Shown: positions 17,321-26,060, counted from the first letter of the stretch. The stretch: DNA of 64,000 nucleotides from Lachnospiraceae bacterium (GCA_045112155.1 JBGUHN010000043.1:617-64616); one strand, 5' to 3'. Translations and numbers: made by a program. The notes: generated from the letters alone by a model not told the origin.

Positions 17321-17356
17321 AAAAAAGGGCTGCCGCACCAATCCGTGCAGCAGCCC
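17321..17356 (-). terminator. Rho-independent terminator of the 17499-19823 gene
   Basis: GGGCTGC / GCAGCCC stem. On the minus strand it is followed by TTTTTT (A-run at 17321-17326 on the plus strand). Confidence 0.65.
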
Positions 17357-17498
17357 TCGTGTGAAGCTCTGTTTTTAATCTTTGACGCAGATTTCTCGTG
17401 ACATAAGTCTAAGATGAATTCGAAAAGTGAAGCTTGCCGCTGACATGGGATAGAGACCCGTGGCAAGAACATCACGGTGTTATTGAATATGTTTCTAC

Positions 17499-19823
17499 TT
17501 ATTTCAAATCAATCCCATAGAACTCACAGTCTCTCGTTCCCACGACCAACCGGCTGTTATAGACCGCCGGCGATGCCTCAACGCACTCGGTCGTCAGCTG
17601 AAGCTCCGTCTTCACCTCGCCCGTCACGCCATCCAGCATGTAGCCCTTGCCGTCGAAGGTGAAATAAATGACAGTGCCGTTACCCTGTGAATCATAAACG
17701 CACACCGGTGAAGACCATGTGTACACCGCGCTGTGCTCCCAGACGATATCGCCGGTCTCTTTATTCAGGCAGGTGAGCACGCCGCCGTACTCGTCACCGG
17801 TCTTTGCGACCGTCACATAGACGTAATTGTCGAGCGAATTCCTGCCGATCGCCGGTGTCGACTGGACACCGCCTGAGACGCCGGATTCCGAATAACATGT
17901 GTAATCGGTCTTCCAGACGACCTCGCCGGTCTCAGCGTCAATTTTCCAAATAGGAACGGTCGCAGTGCTCTCGCTCCGCCACCCAAGATGGAATGAGGTG
18001 CTCACATAGAGATACAGGTGGCCGTTTTCGATGGAGAGAGCGGGGGAACCATTTGAATCATCAAGAATATCCTGAGCCCAGACGACCCGGAGAGTCTTAA
18101 GATCAAGGCACCACAGGATTCCGCCGTTGTCGCACACGAACAGGTACCCCTTGTAGATGCAGCACGAGTCTTCCATGCCGAGCCAGAAATTTTCATCGGA
18201 GGAGCGGGTGCCCCAGTAGTTCCATTTGATGATATTGTCAGGATCGATGGAAAGCGTCCCCGCAGCGGCATCGTAGTTCGTGTTCAGGTGCATGAGGTAG
18301 AGGATTCCATTTTCACCGGGATAAATCAGCGTGTCTGTCTCCGCGTCGACCAGTGCCGAGGAGTCGAAGAAGCTGAGGTTTCTTAGTGCAAATGAATCAT
18401 CATTCCCAAACGTATACATCACACTACAGTCGAGCAAATTAATGACGAACACGCGCGATGTCCCCTCCGAACTGTTGTATCCGGAGCCGACATACATGAT
18501 CGGGTAACCTCTGGGGTCCAGTGCGCCGGCACCCTTGAAGGTGTAACCGAGATACATGTTGTCGCGTGTCTGCTCGCCTGTCTCGAGATCTATGAAGTAG
18601 ATGTAGCCGTCCATGCTGGCGTAGATGACTTCGACAAGATCGTCTTTGTTCTTGGCGGAGTCATACATATTCATATGCTGCTTGACTTCACGCGGCCATT
18701 TCATCATGAGGGGCTGGCCGGTCCAGCCGTTGCCGCTCCAGGTATGACCTGCTGAATCCATCGTGCCCGTCTGTCTTGTCCAGGCAATTTCCATGGAACC
18801 CGTGAGCGTATTGACTGCGCCGTAAGTGGGGTCATCTCGGAAATTGTTGCCGCGGAAACCGACGATACCGTCGACATCAGTGTAGGCACTGGGAACTCCG
18901 AATTCGCCATTGAAGAACGGGACGTGTGAATCGCGGTCCTCAATATCCTGACCATCGATATTTACACCCGTGTAATCGAACATGTTGCTCGGATCAGTCG
19001 CGTCCGTGGAGTGCGGCTCAAAGCTGATCTCCTCATAATCAGGGGTTGCTTTGACCGGGGCGGAAACATCGCCAGTGGTGGCAGCGGAGCTCTCGGCAGC
19101 AAGAGTGGATTCCGTCGTGATTGTATCGGCAGTGGCGGTTTGCGTGGTTTCGGGCTGTGTGGCATTTGCACTCTTTCGACCCTTCACCAGACGCACGACT
19201 CCGAAGCACAGCAAAAGGAATGCTGCTGCGCAGGCGGCAATGATAATGAGGCGCTTGCGGTATTCGCGCCTTCTTCGCATCTGCGCTTTCTTGCGGCGGC
19301 GCGCGCGGTCACGGCGCTCCTGATCGAATTCAGGATCAGTGGATTCGGTCGGGAGGGGGATGCGGTTCTTGCTGCGGCCGGAGGCCTTGCGGCTTGCTCT
19401 GGCTTCCGGATCCGGCCCGGATGCAGCTCTGCTACCGGTCTTGATTTCCTGCTCCGGATCAGATGAAGTCTGGTGTCTTGTGTTGAGTTCTCGATCCGAC
19501 GCAGTGGCCGTTCGGCTGCGGCGCTTTCTTGATGAGTTGCTGGTAGAACTATTAACCGGGCTATCGGCTGACCTTTTTATCGAGCTGTCGGTAGAGCTGC
19601 GACCTTCACTCAGTGGCTCAGTGCTTGCACGTCTTCTTTTTGTTGAGCTTGAGCTGCCTGCTGAGCTGCGACCCACACTCTGTGTTTCAGCGCTTGAGCG
19701 TCTTCTTTTCGCGGTGCCGTCTGATGTCCTGCGCTTTTTAGAGGAGCTGCCGGCGACCTTTTCTGTATCAGGAAGCGTGTCCTGACTTGCAGGCCGCTTC
19801 TTTGGTCTTGTCTCGTTATCCAT
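17499..19823 (-). CDS. Membrane-anchored protein with disordered Ser/Arg-rich N-terminus and PQQ-like beta-propeller ectodomain
   Basis: ATG at 19823 sits 7 nt after GAGGAA. One TM 'LIIIAACAAAFLLLCFGVV'. C-terminal repeated blades ('VVWAQD', 'VVWKTDY', 'IVWEHS') as in BamB/PQQ-repeat proteins. Confidence 0.6.
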   Translation of the reverse strand: MDNETRPKKRPASQDTLPDTEKVAGSSSKKRRTSDGTAKRRRSSAETQSVGRSSAGSSSSTKRRRASTEPLSEGRSSTDSSIKRSADSPVNSSTSNSSRKRRSRTATASDRELNTRHQTSSDPEQEIKTGSRAASGPDPEARASRKASGRSKNRIPLPTESTDPEFDQERRDRARRRKKAQMRRRREYRKRLIIIAACAAAFLLLCFGVVRLVKGRKSANATQPETTQTATADTITTESTLAAESSAATTGDVSAPVKATPDYEEISFEPHSTDATDPSNMFDYTGVNIDGQDIEDRDSHVPFFNGEFGVPSAYTDVDGIVGFRGNNFRDDPTYGAVNTLTGSMEIAWTRQTGTMDSAGHTWSGNGWTGQPLMMKWPREVKQHMNMYDSAKNKDDLVEVIYASMDGYIYFIDLETGEQTRDNMYLGYTFKGAGALDPRGYPIMYVGSGYNSSEGTSRVFVINLLDCSVMYTFGNDDSFALRNLSFFDSSALVDAETDTLIYPGENGILYLMHLNTNYDAAAGTLSIDPDNIIKWNYWGTRSSDENFWLGMEDSCCIYKGYLFVCDNGGILWCLDLKTLRVVWAQDILDDSNGSPALSIENGHLYLYVSTSFHLGWRSESTATVPIWKIDAETGEVVWKTDYTCYSESGVSGGVQSTPAIGRNSLDNYVYVTVAKTGDEYGGVLTCLNKETGDIVWEHSAVYTWSSPVCVYDSQGNGTVIYFTFDGKGYMLDGVTGEVKTELQLTTECVEASPAVYNSRLVVGTRDCEFYGIDLK

Positions 19824-20148
19824 CACTATATTCCTCTGTAATTTGATAATAGTGTACTAATATACAATAATAACATATCTGAGGACGAAGCGTCATACTT
19901 TCTTGATAATCATTGAAACTTCCTGAGTTAACTTTTTTCGCGGGTAAAGCATGTCTGGGTCTAAGGCGGACAGGATTCGAGCTACGCGCGAAAAGCCCCA
20001 ATGAAGCCATACGCGCGTAAAACAAGTCATGGAACAGAGCGGGAGCGCCGGGCGAAGGTGTGATTGCAATGCGCAAAGCGCCGTTTTCTTCAGTATGCAT
20101 TTACCACCCCGGATTTTTTTGTTATACTCGAAAAGTACCAGGAAACAC

Positions 20149-21018
20149 ATGAATAATAGAAGAACCAGGCAGGTCTCTGCCTCACAAAACCACATGAATA
20201 AATACAAACTCCTTGCCCTCGACATGGACGGCACCCTCCTGAATTCAAACAAGAAAATATCGGATGAGACCGCCCGATGGCTCACGCGCCTTTCGGAGAC
20301 CGGCGTCAAGATTGCCCTGTGCACAGGCCGCAACATCGCGGAAATTCGCGAATACGATGAACAGCTGACCGGAGTTCGGTATGCAATCCTGAACAGCGGC
20401 ACGATTCTGTATGACACGCATGACTTCGCTCACCCGATTTACACGATCACTCTGGACGAGCGGTACGTCCGCCGGGCCCTGGAGCTCACGCGGAAAGCGA
20501 ACGGCATGTTCCATCTGCACACCATCACCGGCTCGGTCGTCGACCCGTCCGACATCCCGCGGATGGCGGAGTATTCGATGGGGGTTTACCAGCCTATGTT
20601 TGCAAATGTCTGCCTCCACACCACCGACTTCGACTCCTACATCACGGACCACAGCTATGAAGTTTTGAAAGTCTGCATGTACCACCGCCGGCCTGAGGAC
20701 CGCGTGGTCTCACGCAGCATATTAGAAAAGGAGGATGTGCAGCTCGTCTACTCCGAGAAGACAGCTCTCGAAGTCTCACCTAAGGGGACGACGAAGGAGC
20801 TGGGACTCAGACGCCTCTGCGAGTACTTGCACATTTCACCCGAGGAGACCGTTGCCGTGGGGGATGCGGAGAATGATTTGGAGGTGTTGGGATTTGCAGG
20901 ACTTTCCGTCGCGATGGGAAATGCCAGACCGGAAGTCAAGGAAATCTGCGACCTGGTCGTAGGAGACAATGACCACGACGGGATCGTTGATGTGGTCCAT
21001 AGGGTTTTCGGCTTGTAA
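20149..21018 (+). CDS. Cof-type HAD-IIB phosphatase
   Basis: 'LLALDMDGTLLN' motif I and 'AVGDAENDLEVL' motif IV. The start could also be the ATG at 20194. Confidence 0.8.
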   Translation: MNNRRTRQVSASQNHMNKYKLLALDMDGTLLNSNKKISDETARWLTRLSETGVKIALCTGRNIAEIREYDEQLTGVRYAILNSGTILYDTHDFAHPIYTITLDERYVRRALELTRKANGMFHLHTITGSVVDPSDIPRMAEYSMGVYQPMFANVCLHTTDFDSYITDHSYEVLKVCMYHRRPEDRVVSRSILEKEDVQLVYSEKTALEVSPKGTTKELGLRRLCEYLHISPEETVAVGDAENDLEVLGFAGLSVAMGNARPEVKEICDLVVGDNDHDGIVDVVHRVFGL

Positions 21019-21020
21019 TT

Positions 21021-21080
21021 ATGTGTGCGGCGCCTATGGACGTGGTACTCTGCTGCTACGCTTCATAGATACATTAATGG
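21021..21080 (+). repeat. Dispersed repeat family B, copy 2
   Basis: GCGGCGCCTATGGACGTGGTACTCTGCTGCTACGCTTCATAGATAC, immediately after the HAD stop codon. Confidence 0.8.
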
Positions 21081-21147
21081 GGATTTTCCCCTGAGAAAAC
21101 ATTGATATGGAAATGTTCAGATGAACAAATCACACTAGGAGGGAACT

Positions 21148-21915
21148 ATGTTAAAAGACCCGGTAAAGACTAAAGATGAAATTGTACAGTGGATCCGTGA
21201 TTATTTTGCTGCAAATGGTCCCACCTGCAGCGCCATCGTCGGCATCTCCGGAGGCAAAGACTCGAGCGTAACGGCTGCGCTCCTTAAAGAAGCGCTCGGA
21301 AAAGATCGGGTCATCGGCGTCATGATGCCCAACGGGATTCAGAGTGACATCAGCGATTCGCAGGAAATTGTTGATCTGCTCGGAATTCCGAACGTTACAG
21401 TCAACATCAAGGCAGGATTTGATGGAATGTTCGGCGCGATCAACGAAGCCCTCGCGGCTGAGCAGCCCGGCGGCATCACAAAGCTGTCCCGTGACTCTGA
21501 GATCAACCTTCCTCCGCGCCTTCGCATGAGCACACTGTATGCCATCGGGCAGGCCTGCCCGAACGGCGGCCGTGTTGCCAACACCTGCAACCGTTCCGAA
21601 GACTTCATCGGCTACTCGACAAAGTTCGGCGATGCAGCCGGCGACTTCAGCCCGCTGTCCAACCTTCTGGTCCATGAAGTCATCCAGATCGGCGAGGTGC
21701 TGGGTATCCCGGAGAGATTGACGAAGAAGGCTCCGAGCGATGGCTTGTCCGGAATGACGGATGAGGACAAGATTGGCTTCACGTACGCAGTGCTCGATCA
21801 CTATATTCTGACCGGTGAGTGTGAGGATGAGGCAACCAAGGCAAAGATTGACAGAATGCACAGGCTGAATTTGCACAAGCTGCAGCTGATGCCTGCGTAT
21901 AAACCGGCAGAATAA
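21148..21915 (+). CDS. nadE: Ammonia-dependent NAD+ synthetase
   Basis: 255 aa. PP-loop 'GISGGKDSSV'. NadE-like 'NRSE..IGY.TK.GD' region. Confidence 0.85.
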   Translation: MLKDPVKTKDEIVQWIRDYFAANGPTCSAIVGISGGKDSSVTAALLKEALGKDRVIGVMMPNGIQSDISDSQEIVDLLGIPNVTVNIKAGFDGMFGAINEALAAEQPGGITKLSRDSEINLPPRLRMSTLYAIGQACPNGGRVANTCNRSEDFIGYSTKFGDAAGDFSPLSNLLVHEVIQIGEVLGIPERLTKKAPSDGLSGMTDEDKIGFTYAVLDHYILTGECEDEATKAKIDRMHRLNLHKLQLMPAYKPAE

Positions 21916-22020
21916 GAACAGGCAGCTGCGTGCTGCAGAAGCAGATATCGGCAGAATAAGAACAGGCAGCTGCGTTATACAGAAGCAGATATCGACAGAA
22001 TACGAAAGCAGGCAGCAGGG
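21906..22020 (+). repeat. 44-bp tandem repeat x2.6
   Basis: GGCAGAATAAGAACAGGCAGCTGCG..CAGAAGCAGATATC at 21906 and 21950, with a partial third copy. The first unit contains the nadE stop codon. Confidence 0.85.
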
Positions 22021-22071
22021 AGATGTAAGCAAGTGTTTGAAACGGACACTTCTTATCGACAGAGGTTGAAA

Positions 22072-22731
22072 ATGATAAAAGGATTCATACCCAGACATGT
22101 AGGGAACCGCACAGTTCTTGGGACTCTTGACGCGATGCGCAGAGGGGAGAAAAATATGCATGGACTGCTGAGATCGAACTACGCGAATAATAGATTTGCA
22201 ATCAGGAACCACCGGGATTCCATCCGGCGGGCGCACGGACTCGTCGAAGACCAGAGAAATTACACTGACATGAAATTCGGGAAGGTGACGATGGCGTATG
22301 CGGGGTGCGAGGTATTTGCAGCCGGGAACGCGCTCAGGGCACTCACCGGGCGCCCGGTCAATTACCCGAAGCTCATCGAGCGCTTTGAGAGGGATGGCAT
22401 GATCCTGCTCGGCGGTTTCGGGACGGCACCTAAGGCAATCTCGGAGTTCTTTGAGGAGTGCGGATACGAGACAGAACTGGTGACCCATGAGGAGCTGTTC
22501 GACAGTGTTGCGGCGGTCAACGATGTGTCGATCCTGACCCTGTACAATGACGGTGAGGACATCATGCAGAAGGTCCACACAGTCTGCGTGACTCGTGAGA
22601 AGGACGGATATTACGCGCACAATGTCTATTGCGATGGCACCGTGGTCGGTCCGTGCAAGTCGATTGAGCAAATGTTATCCGACATCAACGGCGGCCGCTC
22701 CAAAGGAATCTCGCTGATTGGGATCTCTTAA
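22072..22731 (+). CDS. Papain-fold Cys/His protein (peptidase-like), paralogous to the C-terminal domain of the 10167 protein
   Basis: 'AYAGCEVFAAGNAL' (Cys) and 'LYNDGEDIMQKVHTVCVTREKDG' (His), comparable to 'LYDDKGNIAHKNVGGHWMTITGVTDDG' in the 10167 protein. GAGGT RBS before the ATG at 22072 (ORF opens at GTG 22033). Confidence 0.45.
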   Translation: MIKGFIPRHVGNRTVLGTLDAMRRGEKNMHGLLRSNYANNRFAIRNHRDSIRRAHGLVEDQRNYTDMKFGKVTMAYAGCEVFAAGNALRALTGRPVNYPKLIERFERDGMILLGGFGTAPKAISEFFEECGYETELVTHEELFDSVAAVNDVSILTLYNDGEDIMQKVHTVCVTREKDGYYAHNVYCDGTVVGPCKSIEQMLSDINGGRSKGISLIGIS

Positions 22732-22854
22732 ATTTGAGAGCAGTCAGGAGAGCAGCTGGCGGTAACATATCTCTGAATATTTGAGCTGACTGCAGTGGAG
22801 AGCTATGACTTGGGAATGTACCAGCCATATCTTTGACATGGTATACATAATATT

Positions 22855-24213
22855 ATGATCAGTAGCATCAGTATAGATAAGTTTGGGGACATCGATTCCC
22901 TGCAGCTACAATTGAAAAAATTCCACAGGGTGGACGTGAGCAGCGGGGGTGCCTCGCTGCTTACTATGTTGCTCGCGCTTAGTCAGAGCTTACTGCCGGG
23001 ATACGCATACGACTGGCAGAATGTGACGCGGCCGGGTGAGAGCAGCTTTGGAACCGGAAGGCTTGCGGTGAGGGGGAAGGTGTTTGACGGGGGGACATTT
23101 GCAAAGTGCCTTCATGAGGACAGCTCCTACTGCTCGTGCGGGGCCGAGTTCGTGATTGAGAATCCGGAGAATCCGGTGGAGGATGCTGGCTCACCTGATA
23201 GGAGCGATCATGGTGCTGCAGGGTCGGACGGGAATAACGTCGCTGATGCAGAACGGGGCAGGACCAGCGCTGCCGGTGCGAAGCAGGCGAAAAAGACCCG
23301 TCCTCTGTATGCGGACAGAAAGCGGGCCGGAGCGGACGATTTCCGTGAGCTGTGCAGGCTTTTTGGAGAGAAATTTGCAAATGTCAAAAGGTTCGCTCTT
23401 GGGATAGAAACCTCATTTGCAGAAAAGAGCGGCGACAACATTCTCTCATATCAGTTGATCAGCATACGGTGCGAGAGAGTGTGGGATGATGACATAACGA
23501 GCTTTTTCGAACTGGTGCTGTACAAAAACGGCACGAACTATGACCTTTACTGGGACGACCTGCCGGACATTCGCGGCGTAAGGACGAGTGGGCGCGCGAA
23601 AGGGTGCAACGTCCGGATGCGGAACCTTGCGGTTCTTGATATCGTGTCGGACGGAGTTCAGGACGGCGCAAGCTTTGAGGAGGTGCTGCCGAGCGTGGTC
23701 AGGATTTCGAGGATTGCGGCGGACCAGTTCGGAACGTTGAGATTTCTTGATGTCAGGTCGTGGGTGGCTGATCCGGGAGACGACTGCAATGTCGGATCGC
23801 AGGAGTGTGCTCAAGACACGTGTTGCTATGCGGAATCGCAGGAGTCAGTCAAGGGACCCTGCTACTATGTCGGTGCTCACGGTGAGTACACGGAGGCTGT
23901 AATCAGAACATACACAGAGGAAAAAATCAGGGTCGCGTGGCTGGACCCGGCGACGGGCGAGATTCGGCATGGACTTTTTGAGGAAGCCTATGAGGCTTGG
24001 AAAAATGAGATTGGCGGTCCGCGCCGAGATGAGAGCGAAAACAAAACCGGCAGCCCGCATAAGCACAGAACCAGGGCAGAGGAAGCGGCCCTTGTTCAGG
24101 GGCTGGTCCTCCGCACCGGTGAGACGCTGGTTCTGAGCGGTGATGCCGGGCTGCCGGATAAATTCTTTAATTTTCTTTCCCGTATGGGAAGACAGATTGT
24201 ACAGATTAGATAG
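22855..24213 (+). CDS. Hypothetical protein with degenerate SMC/ABC-ATPase-like termini
   Basis: 452 aa. The N-terminus 'ISSISIDKFGDIDSLQLQL..VSSGGASLLTMLLAL' looks like a RecF/SMC-type first strand plus a Walker A that has lost GK(S/T). The C-terminus 'ETLVLSGDAGL' is Walker-B-like without the acidic pair. No confident family. Confidence 0.35.
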   Translation: MISSISIDKFGDIDSLQLQLKKFHRVDVSSGGASLLTMLLALSQSLLPGYAYDWQNVTRPGESSFGTGRLAVRGKVFDGGTFAKCLHEDSSYCSCGAEFVIENPENPVEDAGSPDRSDHGAAGSDGNNVADAERGRTSAAGAKQAKKTRPLYADRKRAGADDFRELCRLFGEKFANVKRFALGIETSFAEKSGDNILSYQLISIRCERVWDDDITSFFELVLYKNGTNYDLYWDDLPDIRGVRTSGRAKGCNVRMRNLAVLDIVSDGVQDGASFEEVLPSVVRISRIAADQFGTLRFLDVRSWVADPGDDCNVGSQECAQDTCCYAESQESVKGPCYYVGAHGEYTEAVIRTYTEEKIRVAWLDPATGEIRHGLFEEAYEAWKNEIGGPRRDESENKTGSPHKHRTRAEEAALVQGLVLRTGETLVLSGDAGLPDKFFNFLSRMGRQIVQIR

Positions 24214-24223
24214 TTCCAGGCGA

Positions 24224-24335
24224 ATCAGATGATCCCTGACAGCTTAGACGTTCCAAGCAGATCAGATGACCCCTGACAGCTTAGACGTTCCAAGCAGATC
24301 AGATGATCCCTGACAGCTTTGACGCCCTAAGCTGA
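24224..24335 (+). repeat. 37-bp tandem repeat x3
   Basis: ATCAGATGA(T/C)CCCTGACAGCTTAGACGTTCCAAGCAG starting at 24224, 24261 and 24298. Confidence 0.85.
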
Positions 24336-24992
24336 TCAAATCGCTCCCATATGTTTGATGAGATACTGCATCTCAATCTGCTTGAGGAAGATTTCCATAT
24401 AACCCTTCAGGATCAGCAGATCCTGCTCCGGATACTTCTCCTCATAGTGCGTATAGTTGTCGCCGAGAATCCTGCGCAGATCCGGCGTGTTGATCAAATC
24501 CTTCTGCAGCAGGTAATCGGAGATCGCGTCAAAAAGCTGCTTGGTGACGACCTCCTCCGCCGGCTTGCCAAGTTCGCTCAGCGCGTAATCCTTGACCAGA
24601 GTCTCGAGGGCGGAGCAGTAGCCGAGGGCTGCAAGCTCAGTGTCGCCTGCCTTCTCTGAGCGCAGCGACTGATTGTACATGGCGATAAAGCGGGGAGAAA
24701 TTTTCTCCAGAGTGTCATTTGTATACTCCTTTGCGAGGCTCGGATAGATGCAGACGACTTCGGCGTCTGTGTTGCCGGATTCGCGGAGATTTGCAAAAAA
24801 GAAAGTTTTGCTGCAGCTGGTGCATTTGACGGAGGAGAGGAGGAGGTTGGCATTTGCAGAAAATGCAAATACCTCCCGCGCCGTCGACACCGCATCCGTC
24901 CCCGTTCCGCAGTGCGGACAGACCGCCGGTTTCAAATAAAACCCGGTGTAGCCCTGCTGAAATTCACTGGCATTTTTTCTGATAAAATTCAT
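24336..24992 (-). CDS. Zinc-ribbon plus DUF4145-like helical domain protein
   Basis: ATG at 24992 after an AAAGGA RBS. 'CPHCG...CTSC' four-Cys ribbon. C-terminal 'ALETLVKDY...LRRILGDNYTHY' matches the DUF4145 pattern. Confidence 0.6.
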   Translation of the reverse strand: MNFIRKNASEFQQGYTGFYLKPAVCPHCGTGTDAVSTAREVFAFSANANLLLSSVKCTSCSKTFFFANLRESGNTDAEVVCIYPSLAKEYTNDTLEKISPRFIAMYNQSLRSEKAGDTELAALGYCSALETLVKDYALSELGKPAEEVVTKQLFDAISDYLLQKDLINTPDLRRILGDNYTHYEEKYPEQDLLILKGYMEIFLKQIEMQYLIKHMGAI

Positions 24993-25020
24993 ACTGATTC
25001 CTTTCTTTTCCAAGTCTGGC

Positions 25021-25146
25021 ATGCGGTGCGGCAGCACCTATGGACGTGGTATCCTGCTGACCTTCATAGACAAAAGAACGACGTGCATACGGTGCGGCAG
25101 CACCTATGGACGAGGTACCCTGCTGCGCTTCATAGACAAAAGAACG
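25021..25146 (+). repeat. Dispersed repeat family B, copies 3 and 4 (tandem, 65-bp spacing)
   Basis: GGTGCGGCAGCACCTATGGACG(T/A)GGTA(T/C)CCTGCTG..CTTCATAGACAAAAGAACG occurs twice. Confidence 0.85.
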
Positions 25147-25178
25147 TCGTCCTTGACAGAGAGGAGACCCTGCGGACT

Positions 25179-25448
25179 TTATTCTGCATCGGTGTCTGAG
25201 GCGTCACTCTCCGCGTTTGCATTTGCCTGCATCTCCTCAACGGTGGCGATTCTGAAGTTGACATATTTTTTAATCAAATCCGGAACAAGCCCGTGGACCT
25301 CTGCCGCTTCCACAATCGTCTCCATCTGAGCGCTGGGGCAGTTTATGCAGCCCATGCCGCACTCCATGAGGGCGCGGGCAGCAATTGGATATCTGCTGAT
25401 TGCTTCACCGATGGTCATATCGTCTGTTACATATTCAATAGTTGCCAA
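25179..25448 (-). CDS. DUF1858 / hybrid-cluster-protein-associated redox disulfide domain protein
   Basis: 89 aa. 'MTIGEAISRYPIAARALMECGMGCINCPSAQMETI' is typical of the family. TTG start 7 nt after AGGAGG. Confidence 0.7.
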   Translation of the reverse strand: MATIEYVTDDMTIGEAISRYPIAARALMECGMGCINCPSAQMETIVEAAEVHGLVPDLIKKYVNFRIATVEEMQANANAESDASDTDAE

Positions 25449-25533
25449 TTTTATACCTCCTGTGCTTAATCCAATGAGTTTTGGATTGTATCTTAATTTC
25501 GTATTTCAATAGCTGCAGTCATGCAGTTTTTTT

Positions 25534-25767
25534 ATCTCAGTGGGGGAAGACCCCCCTTCTGCAAGCGGTGGGTAAATCAATATCCTGCTCGTCTCAGTGG
25601 CGGGTTACAATCCCCCACTGAGATAAACGCTCCGCGAGGGCGCAGAACGTCAAGTGGACGTTCGCTTTGCGCCGACCGTAGCGAAGCGGAGACCGCAGGG
25701 ATTCGGTTTGGAATTATGTCAGCTCACGCTGACCCGAATCCCGCGCCAAGTCTCGCGAGCGAGACTT
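25534..25767. ncRNA. Candidate structured RNA / regulatory element (family and strand unknown)
   Basis: Nested perfect stems: 25534-25547 with 25611-25624 (14 bp), competing with 25592-25600/25615-23 (9 bp). Also 25630-35/25686-91, 25639-51/25657-73, 25698-706/25734-42 enclosing 25718-23/25728-33, and 25748-55/25760-67. Lies in a 590-bp gene-free gap. Confidence 0.3.
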
Positions 25768-25947
25768 GAATTCGGATTACAACACCGCTCTTATAGTACA
25801 TGGAAATTGTGATGTCCCTGTGACTTGGAGCAGTTTTTTTGTGCCACAAACCCGGTATGGCGCGTAAAGTTCGCATTATACCGCTCGCACGTAGGGCTGC
25901 ACTTCATAAGATGGCGTTTTTGATCTATGCCGCGGAAGAACCGAGCC

Positions 25948-26060
25948 AAATGCGTGGGAATCCTTTAGTGAAAAGATCTGTCCCAAATGCGTGAAAATCC
26001 TTTAGTGAAACGAACCGTCCTCAATGCGTGAAAATAATTCAGTGAGAATAACCGTCCCCG
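25948..26060 (+). repeat. 37-bp tandem repeat x3, overlapping the 3' end of the cyclo-ligase gene
   Basis: AATGCGTG(G/A)(G/A)AAT..TTTAGTGAAA.GA.C.GTCC with AATGCGTG at 25949, 25986 and 26023. A fourth isolated copy lies at 26712-26748. Confidence 0.8.

Noticed and set aside
19816-20417. Minus-strand ORFs 19816-20100 and 19893-20417 in the gap before the HAD gene
   Set aside because: They have no RBS, overlap the HAD N-terminus and each other, and have an implausible composition.
21151-22671. 506-aa minus-strand ORF, the longest unassigned ORF in the track
   Set aside because: It is antisense to nadE (clear PP-loop enzyme) and to the 22072 gene, and it runs through the 44-bp tandem repeat. 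It has no RBS or recognisable motif, and its Arg/Leu/Ser-rich composition is typical of antisense frames in GC-rich coding DNA.
25590-25625. Cobalamin riboswitch, suggested by CCCGCCACTG on the minus strand
   Set aside because: Only this short string resembles the conserved core. I could not find the B12 box (GCCAGGAGACC-like) or the GGGAA/GGTG..AA.TCC elements. Kept only as an unassigned structured element.
25521-25769. 82-aa ORF in the structured intergenic segment
   Set aside because: It has no RBS, an Arg/Gly/Ser/Pro-rich composition, and coincides exactly with nested GC-rich inverted repeats.
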